Below are positions 25,893 through 39,491 of a stretch of 64,000 bases of DNA, piece after piece. A model generated the notes under the pieces. The model had not been told where the DNA came from and did not search any database. It saw only the letters and a list, made by a program, of their open reading frames with translations. How positions within the stretch are numbered: the first letter of the stretch is position 1; every line of letters starts with the position of its first letter. A program made the position numbers and the translations under genes. The DNA comes from Camelus dromedarius (taxonomy: Eukaryota). The stretch is from contig NC_087436.1 of NCBI RefSeq assembly GCF_036321535.1, positions 56,236,001 through 56,300,000 of the forward strand, read 5' to 3'.

Positions 25893-26945
25893 AAAGCAAA
25901 GTGTCATCATGCCTGTCCTTTTTAAACCCTTCATTGGATCACAGCAGCTGTAAGTAAAGGTCAGATGTGTTAGAGCAGTACTGGAGTCCCTCAGTGATTT
26001 CCTGAAAGCAGCTTCTTCATCCTTGCTCTGCTCCCCGTGACTGCGGGTAAGACCACTATCCAGTGCTCAGACTCCCCAGGAGGCTTCAAGCCTATGTGAA
26101 GCACTGGCTGTTTCCTCTTCCTGAAGTGTACTCTTCATCCGTCACTTTACTTTTTTGCTTTCTCAACAAGCTTAATTCCATTCTTAAGAAACTAGTTCAG
26201 ATATTCCCCCATCAAATGTCCTCTCCCCACGTAATTTGAACCCCAATTTACCTCCATCCTTGAACATGTATCTATTGTTTCTGTCACATTGTAATTTGTT
26301 TATAGGTTTGTCTCTTATTACCAAGTCCAAATTCTGCTCACCACACGACAGGCCAATAAATTGGAAAACAAGGTGTTACGGCAAGGAATAACAACTTTAT
26401 TCAAAAAGCCAGCAGACCAAGAAGATGGGGACTAATGTCCTAGGGAACCATCTTATCCAAGTCAGAATTCAGGCTCCTTTTATACCAAAAAGGGGAGGGG
26501 CTGTGATTGGTTTTTGCAAACTTCTTGATGTCAGAATCCTTTGTTCTTGGAGCTGTCCATATAGATCAGGTCATGGTGTCCCTGTAAACCTCCAGCAAGA
26601 CAGATGTTATTTTCTATTCTGCAAAGCTTTTATCTTTATATGAATGGGAAAGTGTTATACCCTTAAAGGTCAGAATCTTGAGAATGGGCTGTGCTGTGTA
26701 TTTCAGGCTACAGGCAGCACTCTTTTACATAAGATACAGAACCAGTATGACTAAGCACAGGAAACAGCACAGGGTTAGAGCTAAAGCAGCATGTCTAATG
26801 CAGAGTCAGATTTGTTCTTCCCTGTTGCATTCTTATCCAGAGGGTGCCACAAGCAAGCCCTTACCTGAAATTCCCCTTTGTCCCCATCCAGCACTTGACA
26901 CAGTGCCTAGCACATAGTTGGTACTCAGTGTTTGTGGAATGGAGT
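25893..26945 (+). mobile_element. L2 3' part; upstream part at about 18700-19016, split by the L1 and an LTR
   Basis: L2 terminus cacagtgcctagcacatagttggtactcag at about 26900; pyrimidine-rich L2-like sequence on both sides of the L1. Confidence 0.6.
26316..26829 (-). mobile_element. ERV1 solo LTR (MER41-like), 514 bp
   Basis: TATTACC...TTGCA termini; TSD ctct/ttct; tttatt (poly-A signal) and ttttata (TATA) on the minus strand in the expected order. Confidence 0.75.
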
Positions 26946-27497
26946 TGAAAGAACAAGATGCCAACTATTTGTTTATTGAAATTTAAAGGTCTTGGGAAGC
27001 TATATTGTAGGCTCAGGTTTACTGTAATCACCTAGATTTCTGTGTTCACTAGATAAAATTCTGTAATCATTACCCAGACACCTTTTTAAAGTTCTCCAGG
27101 AGATAAACAGGTATAATGTGGCCTAGAGCAAGTTCCACTTGCAAAGATGCCGTAGTTAAAACATATTGGCCACAGGAAACTTTAGACTCATAAATGGGAG
27201 TGAAACATTGGGGGTCTCCTACTATAATTCCAGAGGCCCTTTTCTATCTCATGATTTCTCCTGTGAGTCCACTTGGAGGCCAGGCCAGCTCTGTAGGATT
27301 TGACCTTAGCCAATGGAGGTTTGTTTTCTTGCTCTCTATCAGAAGTTAGTTAGAAAAGATGTTTAAAATTGTTCTCACTAAACATACTCATTACTAATTT
27401 GACAGTTAAAGTACCGACTTTAAATCCTTCACTTTACTTTCTCTACTCTTTTAAAAATGTGTATAACAGACTTGATCCCACTGCATGTCTTGTTTTG

Positions 27498-30400
27498 TTC
27501 ATACATTCAGCAAATAATTAATGAAGCACCTACTATATGCCAGTTCCAAGCCACGAGACTATAACACTGATCAAAAAATAGGCCAGAACCTTGGAGCTTA
27601 CATTCTGGTGAAGGAAACAAGTAAAATACAGGCTATATGAGATGGAGAAAATAGAAGAGAGTGAGAGATTAGGGGCATAGGCAGAGGGAGATGTTGCAGT
27701 TTTGAAGATTGATTAGGAAGTGACTCACTGAGAAGGTGTCATCTGAGTAAAGACCTGAAGTAGAGAAGACAGCAAACTTACCAGGGAAATGATTATTCCA
27801 GGCAGTTGCACGAGCGGACCTAACATCCCCAAAGCAGGAGCACCCATGCTGTGCATAAGTCACAGCAAAGGAGCCAGCATCTAAAGCGATGAGAGAAAAG
27901 GAGAGAGTAAATGAGGAAGTCTCAGAGAGGTCAGGGGTCCTGGTGATGCAGGACCTTGTGGGTCCTTGTAAGGACTTTGGCTCTGACCCTGAGCAATAAT
28001 ATTGGAGGGTTGGATTCAAGGTATAGCATGATCTGACTCAGGGTTTAAGGATCATTCTACTGTATGGAGAATAGATGTTAGGGTCAATAGGAAAAGCAAA
28101 GATAAGACAGGAAATTGTTGCAATAATCCAGGAGAGAAGTGATGGTGACTTTCTCAGGGAAGGGAGTGGTACTGAGGGGACAAGAAGTGGTCGGATTCTG
28201 ATAGGCTGCTCTGACATCAAATGGACAGAGGGAGAGGAAGAGGGGAGTCAAGACTAAGTCTGAGGTTTCTAAGTTACTGGAAGGATGGATTTGGCCTTAA
28301 CTGAGACTGTAAGGTGTGGGAGGAGCAGGTTTGAAGGACAGTTCAGGGGGTTGTTATTTGACAACCCAGTGAAATCGCAAGGAGGCAGTTGGATATATGA
28401 ATCTGGAGTTCAGGAATGGATCTGGACTGGAGATAAATTTAGGAATTATCTGCATGAGACTGGACGAGCTCACCAAGGAAGTGAATATGGATAGAAAATA
28501 GGAAAAAGCAGAGGTCCAAGGACAGAGCTACCACAGGGAAAACAGACCTTAGCCCGAGGAAGCTGTGACAGATGGGGGAAGATAGGACAAAAAGCAGAAA
28601 AGTGCCCTGTCTAGAGAAAGCAAGTGAGGAGGCGTGGGGAGCCAACGTGGTCAAATGCTGCTGCTCAGTCCAATAAGTACTAAAACCTCACCAGTCCATC
28701 TAACAAGGTGAAAGTAATCAGTACCTTTGAAAAGAGCAGTTCTAATGGTGGAGGTCAACACGAATTAGAATCGATTCAGTAGATGTGAGGATGGCAGCTG
28801 GAGAGAGTGAATACAAACAAGTATCTAAGGTGTTTTTTAAGGTAAGCAGAGAAATGTAGGAGGGACTAGAGGCAAAAATGAGTGAGGAGGGATTTTCTTT
28901 TAAGTTGTGAAAAACAACCACATGTCTGTATGTGGGTGAAAATGATTCTGTGTAGAGGGAACATTAATGATTTAAGGGAGAAGAGAATTGCTGGGGTTTG
29001 CTCTTGAATAGGAGAGCAGGAATAGGGGATGCAGGGTACAACTGAAAGGTGGCAGGAGCGGAGAGCTGACCCAGTAACAAGGGAGAGGGTGCAGAATAAG
29101 GATGGTAGGTGGATGGGGGAGCTTTGGAAGAGGTCTCCTGATTGTCAGTTTTCTCAGTGACATTGAAGTCTTGGCCATCAGCTGAGAGGACTGAGGGAGA
29201 GGTAGTGTTTAAGCGGAGGGAAGGTGTGAACTGGCTGTTTAGGAGTATGAAACAGTGAACAGGTGATGAAAATACAGGGCAATTTTGAGGGCAGAATTTA
29301 GGGCCCATTTGAGTTGTGTTATGAGCTGAAGATGAGCCCACTCAATATGGCTTCACACAGCCATGCTCCATTGCAAGGATACAAAGGTGGTGTAGGGGGA
29401 AGAGTGGCCAACTGAGCATGTTGGAGCAAGGGAGAGATGACAGAGTTGAGGGTGTAATGCAAGGGATTGTTGCTGAAGGCAGACATGGCATTTATACTTG
29501 GTAAAGAGGAAAGAGGGATCATGAGAAGGGTGTCAGGTAAAGTTGGTAAGTTCAACAGATTGTAGGCCCTGATGAAGGTGTGTCAAGAGATAGCCCTAGA
29601 GAGAATAAGCAGGAAAGACAAAATAGTAAAAAAAGATCATTGAAATTGAGTTTCGGAAGGGTTACAGTTAATAATTAATGGTAAGGACAAAAGCTAAACT
29701 AATGATTCTCAAACTTTAATGTGCATGGAAATCCCCTGAGGTTCTTGTTATCATGCACATTTTGATTCAGGAAGTCTTGGTGGGCAGAGCCTGAGACTCT
29801 GTTGCTATGATGCTGTTGGCCCAGGGATCTCATTTGAAAGGCAATGGCCTAGAGTGATATTTCTCAACCTAGCAGTAAATCACAGCCCCTTATGGAGTTC
29901 AAAAAAAAAAAAAAAAAAAACACACACACACACCGATGGTAGACAAATCTTGACCAGTGAATCAGTTTTTCTGGGTTGGATTCAGTTTCTCTAGAGTGGA
30001 TTTAGAGTTGATTATATTATAAATGATCTCCAAGTTATACTACAGTGAAGCCAGGATTGAAAGCCTCTGGCCTAGAATGTGTGGCTCTGAGTGTGAGTGA
30101 CTTGAAAACCAAGATTATTGCAGGAAGGGAGTCATAATTGAGAAGCCAAGATGTTGAAAGTGTCATCTTTGTGATTATTAAAATCATCAGAAATTATGAC
30201 AAAAATTATACTGGATAAAATGACTGAGTCCAGAGGTTTATAGATGACAAATATATATATATATATGTATATATATAAATTGGGTGAAGAAATTGGGTGA
30301 CATCTGATGGCATGAGATTGAAAGCAAAGGTGTTTGGAGAGCATGGTCTGGAATAGAGAGTGCAGATCAGGCAAGACACTTCCTGGCCCCCCAGGCCTGG

Positions 30401-30800
30401 TGGTGTGTTGGGTCTGGGAAGTCAAACACCCACCGTGTGAGAGGACCCCAGAAGAAACAGCAGCATCACGAAGAACTAGGATTAGTTAGTGAAGAATGAA
30501 GAAAACAATGTAAAAAGAGGTTGAAATTTTGGAGGCGGCTGCTGCTATATTCCAAGGGAGTGTGGGAGGATTTCAAAAGTTTTGGAGAGTGGGTGATGGG
30601 GACATGCAGAGCAGAATGATTCCAGGGCAGGAGGTGAGTGATGACCGGCAGTCTGGATGGGAGCTTCTTATGGAGATAAGGTCTCAAAGCAGGATGCTGA
30701 GACAAGACTGGGACTTCCAGGGTATAGGGAACTGGGAGGGGGCATCTTGCCAGAAACCAGAGTCCTTTTGCTCCTTTTTTCATTCCTACAGCTATTTTCT
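27498..30800 (-). mobile_element. Long L2 (L2a-like) copy reaching the endonuclease region
   Basis: Reverse-complemented L2 tail at 27498; peptide SHAIR...VIYKP...IISDDFNNH..D..NILASQL at 30132-30330 resembles the L2 APE domain. Confidence 0.75.
29700..30070. mobile_element. Two adjacent MER5-like hAT MITEs nested in the L2
   Basis: gattctcaaactttaatgtgca..., tttctcaacc...ccaggattgaaagcctctg; cctaga-type target flanks. Confidence 0.65.
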
Positions 30801-31249
30801 AGCTGTAGACCCCGTTGTTTCAAACAAAGGCATACAGGCAAGCCTAATGTGGAAAACATCAAAGCAGAGCTTTGGTTAAAGCCAGAGTTCGGGGAGGAAG
30901 GCAGTGTCCCTCACAGAGTCCAGGGGTGCTGCCACAGCACTTAAGGCTCCTCAGGGGTCCTTGAAGCTCAGGTCATAATCACTGCTCCAGGGTTGGTGGG
31001 AGACACCTGAGGAAAATGCAGAGTCATGTAAAAGATAGTGAAGATCACATACTCAGTAATCATGTAAGTCTTCTAAAATCCTTGTCAACAGTGCAGATTG
31101 CTTTCTTTCTCCCATGTAATAAACTTTCCAAATAACCAAGTGGTTTGCAGTATCCCTTGGGATCACTTTATGTCATTTATGATCAGGATAACATTACTGT
31201 TCTTAACTGGTATTATGTACGTAGAAGAAACCATAGTTTTGAACAATCC

Positions 31250-31385
31250 TGACTTAGATCGGGTTCTCTGGAAGCAGACCTGAGGCAAAGGTTTGGATAC
31301 AAATGGTTTGTTATGGAAGCACCCCAAGGAGAGCCCTGTAAGTGGGCGGAGCAAGCAGGGATCTAAATCAAGGGAGCCCAACAGT
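31250..31385. mobile_element. MLT1 (MaLR) LTR fragment
   Basis: gggttctctggaagcagacctgaggcaaaggtttgga; similar fragment at about 32245-32295. Confidence 0.55.
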
Positions 31386-32953
31386 ACCTTCTATAAGTGG
31401 AAAGCTTTCTTAAGAATTACCAAGAAAACCTGTGGTAAAGACTAGATTCAGAAGATACTAATTTCAGCTTTCAGTTATCATTAAGCAGTTTTCTTACAAT
31501 CTGAATTTTGTTACCTTTCCCCTTGTAGTTCTAGCAAGATTGTATTAGCACACATGTAAGACCAAATTTTCAGAAAATCCAGCTTAAATGAGAGTGAGTC
31601 TTTGATCAAATATACCCAAGCACATGACTGAATATGCTGTCTTTATTTAAAATGAAATGCATGTTTTAAAACTTCACTATTACAGATGAATTGCCTTCTT
31701 TCTCACTTCCATTAGTGTAAATATCAACAATGTTTAGCTGTTTCAAAATTTACATCATTACAAATAGCTGCTCTTATCTACATCCTCAGTATGTTTATTT
31801 CAAGATAGTTGTTTTTTGTTTCTCCCTTTAACTTGCCTCTCTGCTAAGGATTAGAGAAGCGTTAGATGTAATTTGGAGCTGTGCAACATCTAGTCCACTG
31901 ATAGATTTAGAGATTAATTTCCAGACCTCTTGTGGTGCTTGGGAAGCTCCTTAAGATTTTGAAAATGGCAACACTATTGACTCCCTACCACTAAAGGTTA
32001 CTTCTATCTGTATCCACACGAATGCAAAAGGAAAGTTTAAGTGTGGTAAATATCAATGTTGTTTTGCTTTATGGAGAAACCTGTCGAAGAAAAACGCAAG
32101 TTTTATAGGACAAGAAATAGTTGATCCTTCTTTAGGACATCTTATGCAGATACACTTCCCTCCTTTCATTCTGTAAGGATAGCATTGCTGTTGCTAAACG
32201 GATATTTGCATAGAAAAATAGTTCAGTGATTTTGAACAGTCATGTCTTAAGGTTCTCCAGAAGCAAACCATGAGCCAAAGATTTGATGCTAGTGATAGGC
32301 GAGGAAGAGCTTTGAGTATGATTTGTATGCTAGATTACGTTGAGAACTGATAGAAAACATTCCCCCTCCCCAAGTATGTTGTCTTAGATACATCTGTAAA
32401 TATGTGTTTGCTACATTTTAAAGTCGGTGTATTTTCAGGGAAATTTAGTCCATTTGTTTCAGCAAGGCTACACGTAGATCATCCAAATGTTGTTTTATTA
32501 GAGCTGCATGATGTCTAACATGCCTTTTGAGCTTTTTAAATAGTCCTTAATTCTTTTCTGAAAAGCAGCAGGTAAGTTGCCAAGAGTAAACAAATCAAAT
32601 AGGAAAAGATTTGAGTCCAGTTTGAAATGCTTAGCCTATTATTTTTGATTGAGTTCTGAACTTGGTAGTGCACATCCCCGATTCCTGCCTGCAGGGCAAA
32701 GTGAAAACAATTTGAACACTGTATTTCCCATCTGGGTCATTGACATTTGAGAATAATGTACTACAGACAGAATCAGCATGTTTGGCAGGTGAGTGATACT
32801 TAACATGATGTGACCTCAGAAAGTTACTTCTTCCCATTTGCAGAAGTTCATAGCCTGGAACAATGCTATCCACATTGGAAAACATAAGTTAGGACAGACA
32901 GCCATGGAGGGATCCACTCTGGGGATTTATCTGTTTCTCTTGTGCATCTTTAG

Positions 32954-33139
<186 letters not shown>

Positions 33140-36100
33140 TGAATTTTTGAGGTCTCAATCTAGTTCAGATCAAACTGCAGTTTCTCGTTTTGATTTTGAA
33201 ATGTCAAGGGAAGAGGCCCCTTTTCATTCCCCATTGCTGCTCTCTTCCAGCTTCTCATGTGGACACTGAGGTTTAACTGCTTTCCTGATACACGTGAAAA
33301 ACTAGACTTGGAGATTCCCAGCCCTTTGTCAGTCAGTTTATGGGAAAGTGAAGGAAATCTATCTAGGGAAGCAGTAGCATCTCCTGGTACTTAAGCCCTG
33401 TTCCTCCATAGCCTGGACCACTGAGATCTAGGGGGAGTTCTGAGATGAAGATGCCTAAAGCAGCTTGCTGCTTATCCTGTGGCCTCAAGAGAGTGATTGC
33501 AAAACCTCAGGTAGACTGGATCTGACACTAACTTCGAACACATCAGACCAACTTGAACAACCTGGTACTTGCTTTTAACTCCATCAGGGGCATCCCGAGT
33601 GAGACAGTGGCTGCCATCGCCAGCTGGCCCTATTGCTAACCATGTAACAAGGTTCAGTACACTGACTCCTTTAGGAAGCTTCCTTTCCACTCTGGCCCTT
33701 TCTAATCCATCTCATCTCTAAACCTGTCATTTCTCCAGAAGTACTAAATGATCCCGCAGCCGTTTTGCTGTGACATACGATCCTTTTATCTCCCTGCAGG
33801 CTTTAGCACTCAGTGGTTTTCTCCTAGTTTCACAAGTTAGTTCCATTTCCCCACCTAAGCTTTTAAGCTCCTTTGTAGACTAAGAGACAGCTCTATGAAC
33901 TTACGTGTATATTTCACAGTGTGAGATACATAGTAGGTCTTCATGTTCTTGATGAGTTATTGTCTCAGGAAACAACAACCCTGGTAGGTGTTTTGAGGTC
34001 CTGCCACCTTGGGAATGGCATGGCTACCACTTCGACTGCAGGGAAGCTCTTCATGGCTGCTCCAATGTTAAATGGCACTCTGAGGGACTTGTCTAAGTGA
34101 CGATGAAGGAAGGACAGCCGCTGGCAAGTATGTGGCTTCTGACACTTACTTCAGATAGCGCTGTTTGGTTGGATGTGTCCTTATGCTTTAGGGTCTTAAG
34201 AGAATAGAAACCGCTGTGATGTTCGAGAGGTTGAATATAATGATGCTTTAAAACTGTCCTTTTCATTACAGGACAGATGCATACTATTTTTTTTTAAATA
34301 CTTTAAAGTTTTATTTCCTAGCCCAGATAATGGCTATGTTGAGTTGTAAGCAGTTGCCTTTCTTAAATCACAATGAGATGTTTCTCACTTTTTGTCTTTT
34401 TCTAAACTGTCTGAACAACTTAATTAACAGCATTGGAAATGCAAGAGAAATGGGATACACCTCAGCTTATACCAATCATAAATGACTAATGAAGGCAGAC
34501 TCTAAATAGATATATTACATAGGTGTTTAATATACAAGCGAATCTCTTTTCCTATGTATAGCATGCTTTCAATATCTGTAAACATTCTTCAGAAAGGATC
34601 AGACACAAGTAACTTAAGCATTTTGAGTTTAGAAAACAACATGGGAATAGGGCTCAGGAGTCTTGTGTTCTAGGACTGTTTCTATCAATAACTGACCTTC
34701 ACTTGGTCCCTTACCTCCTTCTCCAAAGGGAGGGACTAAGCCTAGGATCTTCAAGACGTATCTTTCTCTAAAAGTTTGATTATTCATTTCTCATTAAAAT
34801 CCTAGCAGAGCAGTACATGTGTACTCTAACTCCAAATACCGACTTGCCAGTGTATTAGTAAGCAGTTTATACTGACAGTTCCACAGCACTTGGGGTTTTG
34901 TGAAATTGAGCAGGATAAATTGCTTCTTGGAACACTAAATGAAACTCTACCTATCAAACATCTGCTTGTCCTTTTCATGGCCTCATAAAATAAGTTGTCC
35001 AGGGCTCATAGGTTGGGCTCACTAGAATTCTACAGGAAAACATAAACATCTAACCAGTATTTCATGTTTGAGTCTGTTGCATATATTTCATTTTGTTAGC
35101 ATCATTTTTAGAATGCAGATATATATATCCATTATAGTAAATTTGGGAAACACAGAAAAAAGATCAAAGGGAAAATGCCTATAATTCTGTCATTTTGTCA
35201 TCCAGAGATAGCTTTTTAAAAAGATTAATATGTATAATACTGGTATTTTCTAAGCATAGATAGAATTTTGAAATAAGGAATAGAAATATATTTTTTTACT
35301 TAAAACATGTTGAAATATTCATGTGTTATATTACATAGATTTCTACAACATCATTTTTAATTGCTGCCTAGGAGTCAATTACATGAACATACATGTTCAC
35401 CATTTTCCTATGGTTAACATCACAATTGTTTTCAATTTATGTTTATATAAACAATAACTCTGCTGTGAAAAATACCCTGTCTGTGTCAGTATATATAATG
35501 CACTCATGATTATTCCCTTTTGTGTAAGTTCCCAGAGAAGGAGATGATGGGCATGTAATGTCCACATATAAGGTTTGTGTTACTTGAGTGACACTCTTTA
35601 CTCTCAGGAAGCGGATGCATATACTAGTTGTGCCGTGTCCTAACCACCAGGAAAGAATTTTTTGTTAGAAATTGCTTAATGTCAATAATTTCATGGATGC
35701 ACATAGTGAAGTACTAAAGTATATCAGAGTATATACTTTTTATATTTTCTAGAGTGATTACCTCCAGAGGTGAATCATGAGTATAGTGTTAGAGTGTAGG
35801 TTTTTTAATCTCACCTATGCTGATGGCTCCATCAAACACCATAATTAGTCTTTATACACAAAATATGTGTCCATTTCAATTCCATCAACTAATCGCTAAT
35901 TCACACAAATACTCAGTTGCAAATCCAGCTATATAAGACTGTTTAAAAACCAGATTTACTTATTAATGAAACTAACTAAAAATCCTTAGAAGACTATAAA
36001 GTTTTTATATACTAAAGAAAAACAATTATCTGTTAGTAAGAAAAGGCTAAATGATTTTATAAGTTCCCATGCTTCAGAGCCACTTGCAGCCTTGACATAA

Positions 36101-36441
36101 AAATGTAAACATGTATTATTTGAGATGAGATGTCGAAAGTAGTTTTTGAGGTAAGGGGATTTAAAAAAAAAATGGCGAAGGAGAGAGAGACACAGTCCTA
36201 TTTTCTTTTCTGAGTAGGTGAATAAATGTTGATAATTCATTTTATTTCTATGCCTAGATTCTTCAGCTCTGCAATAAAATTTTGATTGAATGATATCCAA
36301 GGTCTCTTCTAGCTTTGAAGTTTTAGATTTTTTTATGGTCACTTGGGAGATGACTTTTTTGTTTGTTTTACGTGTGGTTTGTGTGTCTCTGTGCATATGC
36401 ACATATGTTTAATTCACATTTTATTATTTACCTCATTGCAG

Positions 36442-36609
36442 TAAACGGAGGCTGGTCCACCTGGACAGAGTGGTCTGTGTGTAACAGCCGCTGTGGACGA
36501 GGGTATCAGAAGCGCACAAGGACCTGCACCAACCCAGCCCCCCTCAATGGTGGTGCCTTCTGTGAAGGTCAGAGTGTGCAGAAAATAGCCTGCACCACGT
36601 TATGCCCAG
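36442..36609 (+). CDS. UNC5C: UNC5C exon 6 equivalent, thrombospondin type-1 repeat 1; 168 nt, phase 1-1
   Basis: (V)[55 protein letters not shown]; acceptor cattgcag|, donor CAG|gtaaat; WxxWxxWxxC motif. Confidence 0.97.
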
Positions 36610-37725
36610 GTAAATAAACCACTGCTCTCATTCCAAATGTCTCCACCCATCCTGGAAATAAATTTTAGGGTCTACATAAAAAGCCTTATTCTTGACCTAA
36701 ATGTGTGATAAACATTATTCGGATCTATCATAGCATTCAGTGCTTACATTGCTGGGAAATCAAGTCTTTTCCCTCAGAAGATTACATAACTTTATAACCC
36801 AAACATGCAAATAGTATAAAACAGGAGATTAAACACACATGAATATAATCCTTCTCTATTACTCAACAAAATTATTGAAGCCAAGATTGCAGGTTCTGTA
36901 ATTCAGGGCATTTGAGCAACATTGAAAACCACACATTTAGGATAACAACCCTTGATCTTCAGAAGGCCATAGAAATTCATTGGAACTGAAATTTAGAGAA
37001 CATTTTAGGCTGAAATACTTGATATTTGGTGTCAGTTTCTGGGCAAGGGCGAATAAAACATTTGGAATGAATTAAGAGAAAGTCTAAGCTTTGTGACACA
37101 TGAACTAATGGATTTTGAAAATACAGTGCAGTCAGTTCTTTATTATCTGTACATGTTGGTCACCTGGTATGTGAGTTATTTGCAGTGGTACCTATTGCAT
37201 CCCCCACCTCTGAGCATCTTCTGTGCTGTATTGTCACAAGCTCGCATCCATTGGGAAATTGAAGTTAATATTTGCCAAAACCAAAACTCATTAAAATGTC
37301 TTAATATACAGTATATTGAAAAGTTAAGCTAAAATTATTTTGAAATAGCCCATAAATTTAGTGTACCCCATTGGGGTAGCTATTATATTCTCACTTTCAT
37401 TATTAAGATACAAACTTGTTACTTCCCTTTATTTTGCCTAACTTTTGTCCAGTTCATCCTTCAGTAGAACCTTTGTCAGAGATGGGTTGGATAAATGAAC
37501 TGGAGAGAAAAACATTATTATATTTTATTCCTATGTTAATTTCCAAATGTCAAAACAGTATCCCACGCTGGACCCTTTGAGAGCTTTTATTTATGGAACA
37601 AATTTTGACACTTAGCTAGGCTAAGAATTTCAGAATTTTATCTTGTACTCTCTTATATTCTATCTACATACTGATTCTCATAATTTGAAATACACAGAGC
37701 AATTTTAAATTGAAATAGAAATACA

Positions 37726-37775
37726 TGTGTATAAATATGTGTGTGTGTACGTGTATGTGTGTGTATGTGTGTGTA
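37726..37775. repeat. Imperfect (GT)n microsatellite
   Basis: Direct reading. Confidence 0.9.
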
Positions 37776-38175
37776 CTTTGGAGTGGTACAGGTCAAAGCA
37801 AATGTCTTTTCTCCAGATAGCTGGGAGTTGCTTATATAGACACCTCAGTACAACTGAAATATTAATGCTTTCATCATTTTTTCATGTGGGCATATTTATA
37901 TCTCTATACATATTATGCATAATATATTTACACAATAATTTGAATATGAAATCACATAGCTTTCCCAAACTTTATAGGCTGTTGAAATTCGTATACTTTC
38001 TATCAATATGCAGGTGTAACATGTTATGTGTATTGCATGTTCAATAAATGATATTTGATACTGTCTTACACTGAACTCTAGACAATTCTGTATTTCAAGG
38101 AAAATTTTTAAAAATTTAACTCTTATTCCAATATTTTCCTTTTATTTATATAAGAACCTTTAAAGAAAGCACTTC

Positions 38176-38328
38176 ATTATTTTTTAAATTTATTTAAAAA
38201 TTTTTTGTTTTTTGTGGGGGGAGATAATGACGTTTATTATTTTTTATTTAACAGAGGTACTTGGAGTCAAACCCATGACCTCGTGCATGCTAAGCATGTG
38301 CTCTACCCACTGAGCTATACCCTCCCCC
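38176..38328 (-). mobile_element. tRNA-Ala-derived SINE (camelid vic-1-like)
   Basis: Reverse complement reads gggggagggtatagctcagtgggtagagcacatgcttagcatgcacgaggtcatgggtttgac, then an A-rich tail. Confidence 0.85.
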
Positions 38329-38658
38329 ACAAAGAATACATTTTGAAGTATGATCTTAGTGAAATTCACTATATATTTTCTCATTAGAATTTAAGTTTTG
38401 TTTTTAAACTTTACTAACAAGCCAAGCATCAAAATTAAGAAGAAAGTGAGTTTATTCTAAATGACTGAATCACAACAAAAAATTAGGAATATGCTTAAAT
38501 ATTATTTTTAAAATAAAAATAGAATGTACATACATCATCAAATAATGTAATAGAGTCATCAAATAATAAATGGAAAATAATAGTCTTTTCAAGAAGACAT
38601 TGCAGAAGCTCTCCAGAATCAAGCAACAAGGATGGAAATATAAAATAAAAGCAGTATA

Positions 38659-38760
38659 AATGAATATATGTATGCCCATGTATAACTGAAATTGTGCTCT
38701 ACACTAGAATTTGACACAACATTGTAAAGTGACTATAACTCAATAAAAAATGTTTAAAAA
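38659..38760 (+). mobile_element. Very short L1 3' end
   Basis: ttgacacaacattgtaaagtgactataactcaataaaa; TSD aaaagcagtata/aaaaacagtata. Confidence 0.85.
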
Positions 38761-39326
38761 AACAGTATATAGGACATAGATGATTGATACATAGATAGAT
38801 GAATAAATGGGTGGGTGACTAAATGGATGGCTAGATAGATTTCTTCCCCAGTCTACCAACTTCTTCTTAACCCCACACAGGTTTACTTGCACAAGCCACA
38901 TGACATTATCCATGAAGGAATCTTGGATCTTCTTTTCAGAAGTCCCCTAATTTTCAATCCAAAATCCAGAAGATTCCTCTTTATAAAGAAAAAGGGACAC
39001 CACCACAGTTTACTTTTATATAGCTCCCTGTGACAACTTTGCTTTCTGCGTGTCCCATTAAGCTTCCCGCGTGTCCCATTAAGCTTCCCTTAGTTGGTCA
39101 GTGAGGCAATAGTCACACATCTCTTGAGGAAAGTTCGCAGAGCCCAGACGATTTATGTAAAGCATGCACTACTTCCACCAGTTAAAATGAATGTAGTACT
39201 CCTGGGTGGGGCACTTTCTTCAGTGTTTAGTGTTTCATTTATACTTGATCTCTGCTCCCCTCTCCCCTCAAGAAGCTCCTTCTCCTTTTTGATACCTCCT
39301 AGTCTGATACTGGTTTTTTGTGGCAG

Positions 39327-39491
39327 TGGATGGCAGGTGGACCTCATGGAGCAAGTGGTCTACCTGTGGGACCGAGTGCACGCACTGGCGCAGGAGGGAG
39401 TGCACAGCGCCAGCCCCCAAGAATGGAGGCAAGGACTGCGATGGCCTCGTCTTGCAATCCAAGAACTGCACTGATGGGCTGTGCATGCAGA
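39327..39491 (+). CDS. UNC5C: UNC5C exon 7 equivalent, thrombospondin type-1 repeat 2; 165 nt, phase 1-1
   Basis: (V)[54 protein letters not shown]; acceptor tggcag|, donor A|gtaagt. Confidence 0.97.

Noticed and set aside
26316..26829. Interferon-inducible STAT1 enhancer, as known for some MER41 LTRs
   Set aside because: No perfect TTCnnnGAA found by eye (nearest ttcttggag) and the family assignment is unverified
1..32953. UNC5C exon 4 (LRKTFEQEP...) within the window
   Set aside because: Not found by eye; it presumably lies upstream, making this all one intron
37364..37378. Short palindromes (taccccattggggta; also near 3852 and 54484)
   Set aside because: 7-bp arms are expected by chance in 64 kb; no extended pre-miRNA-like hairpin seen
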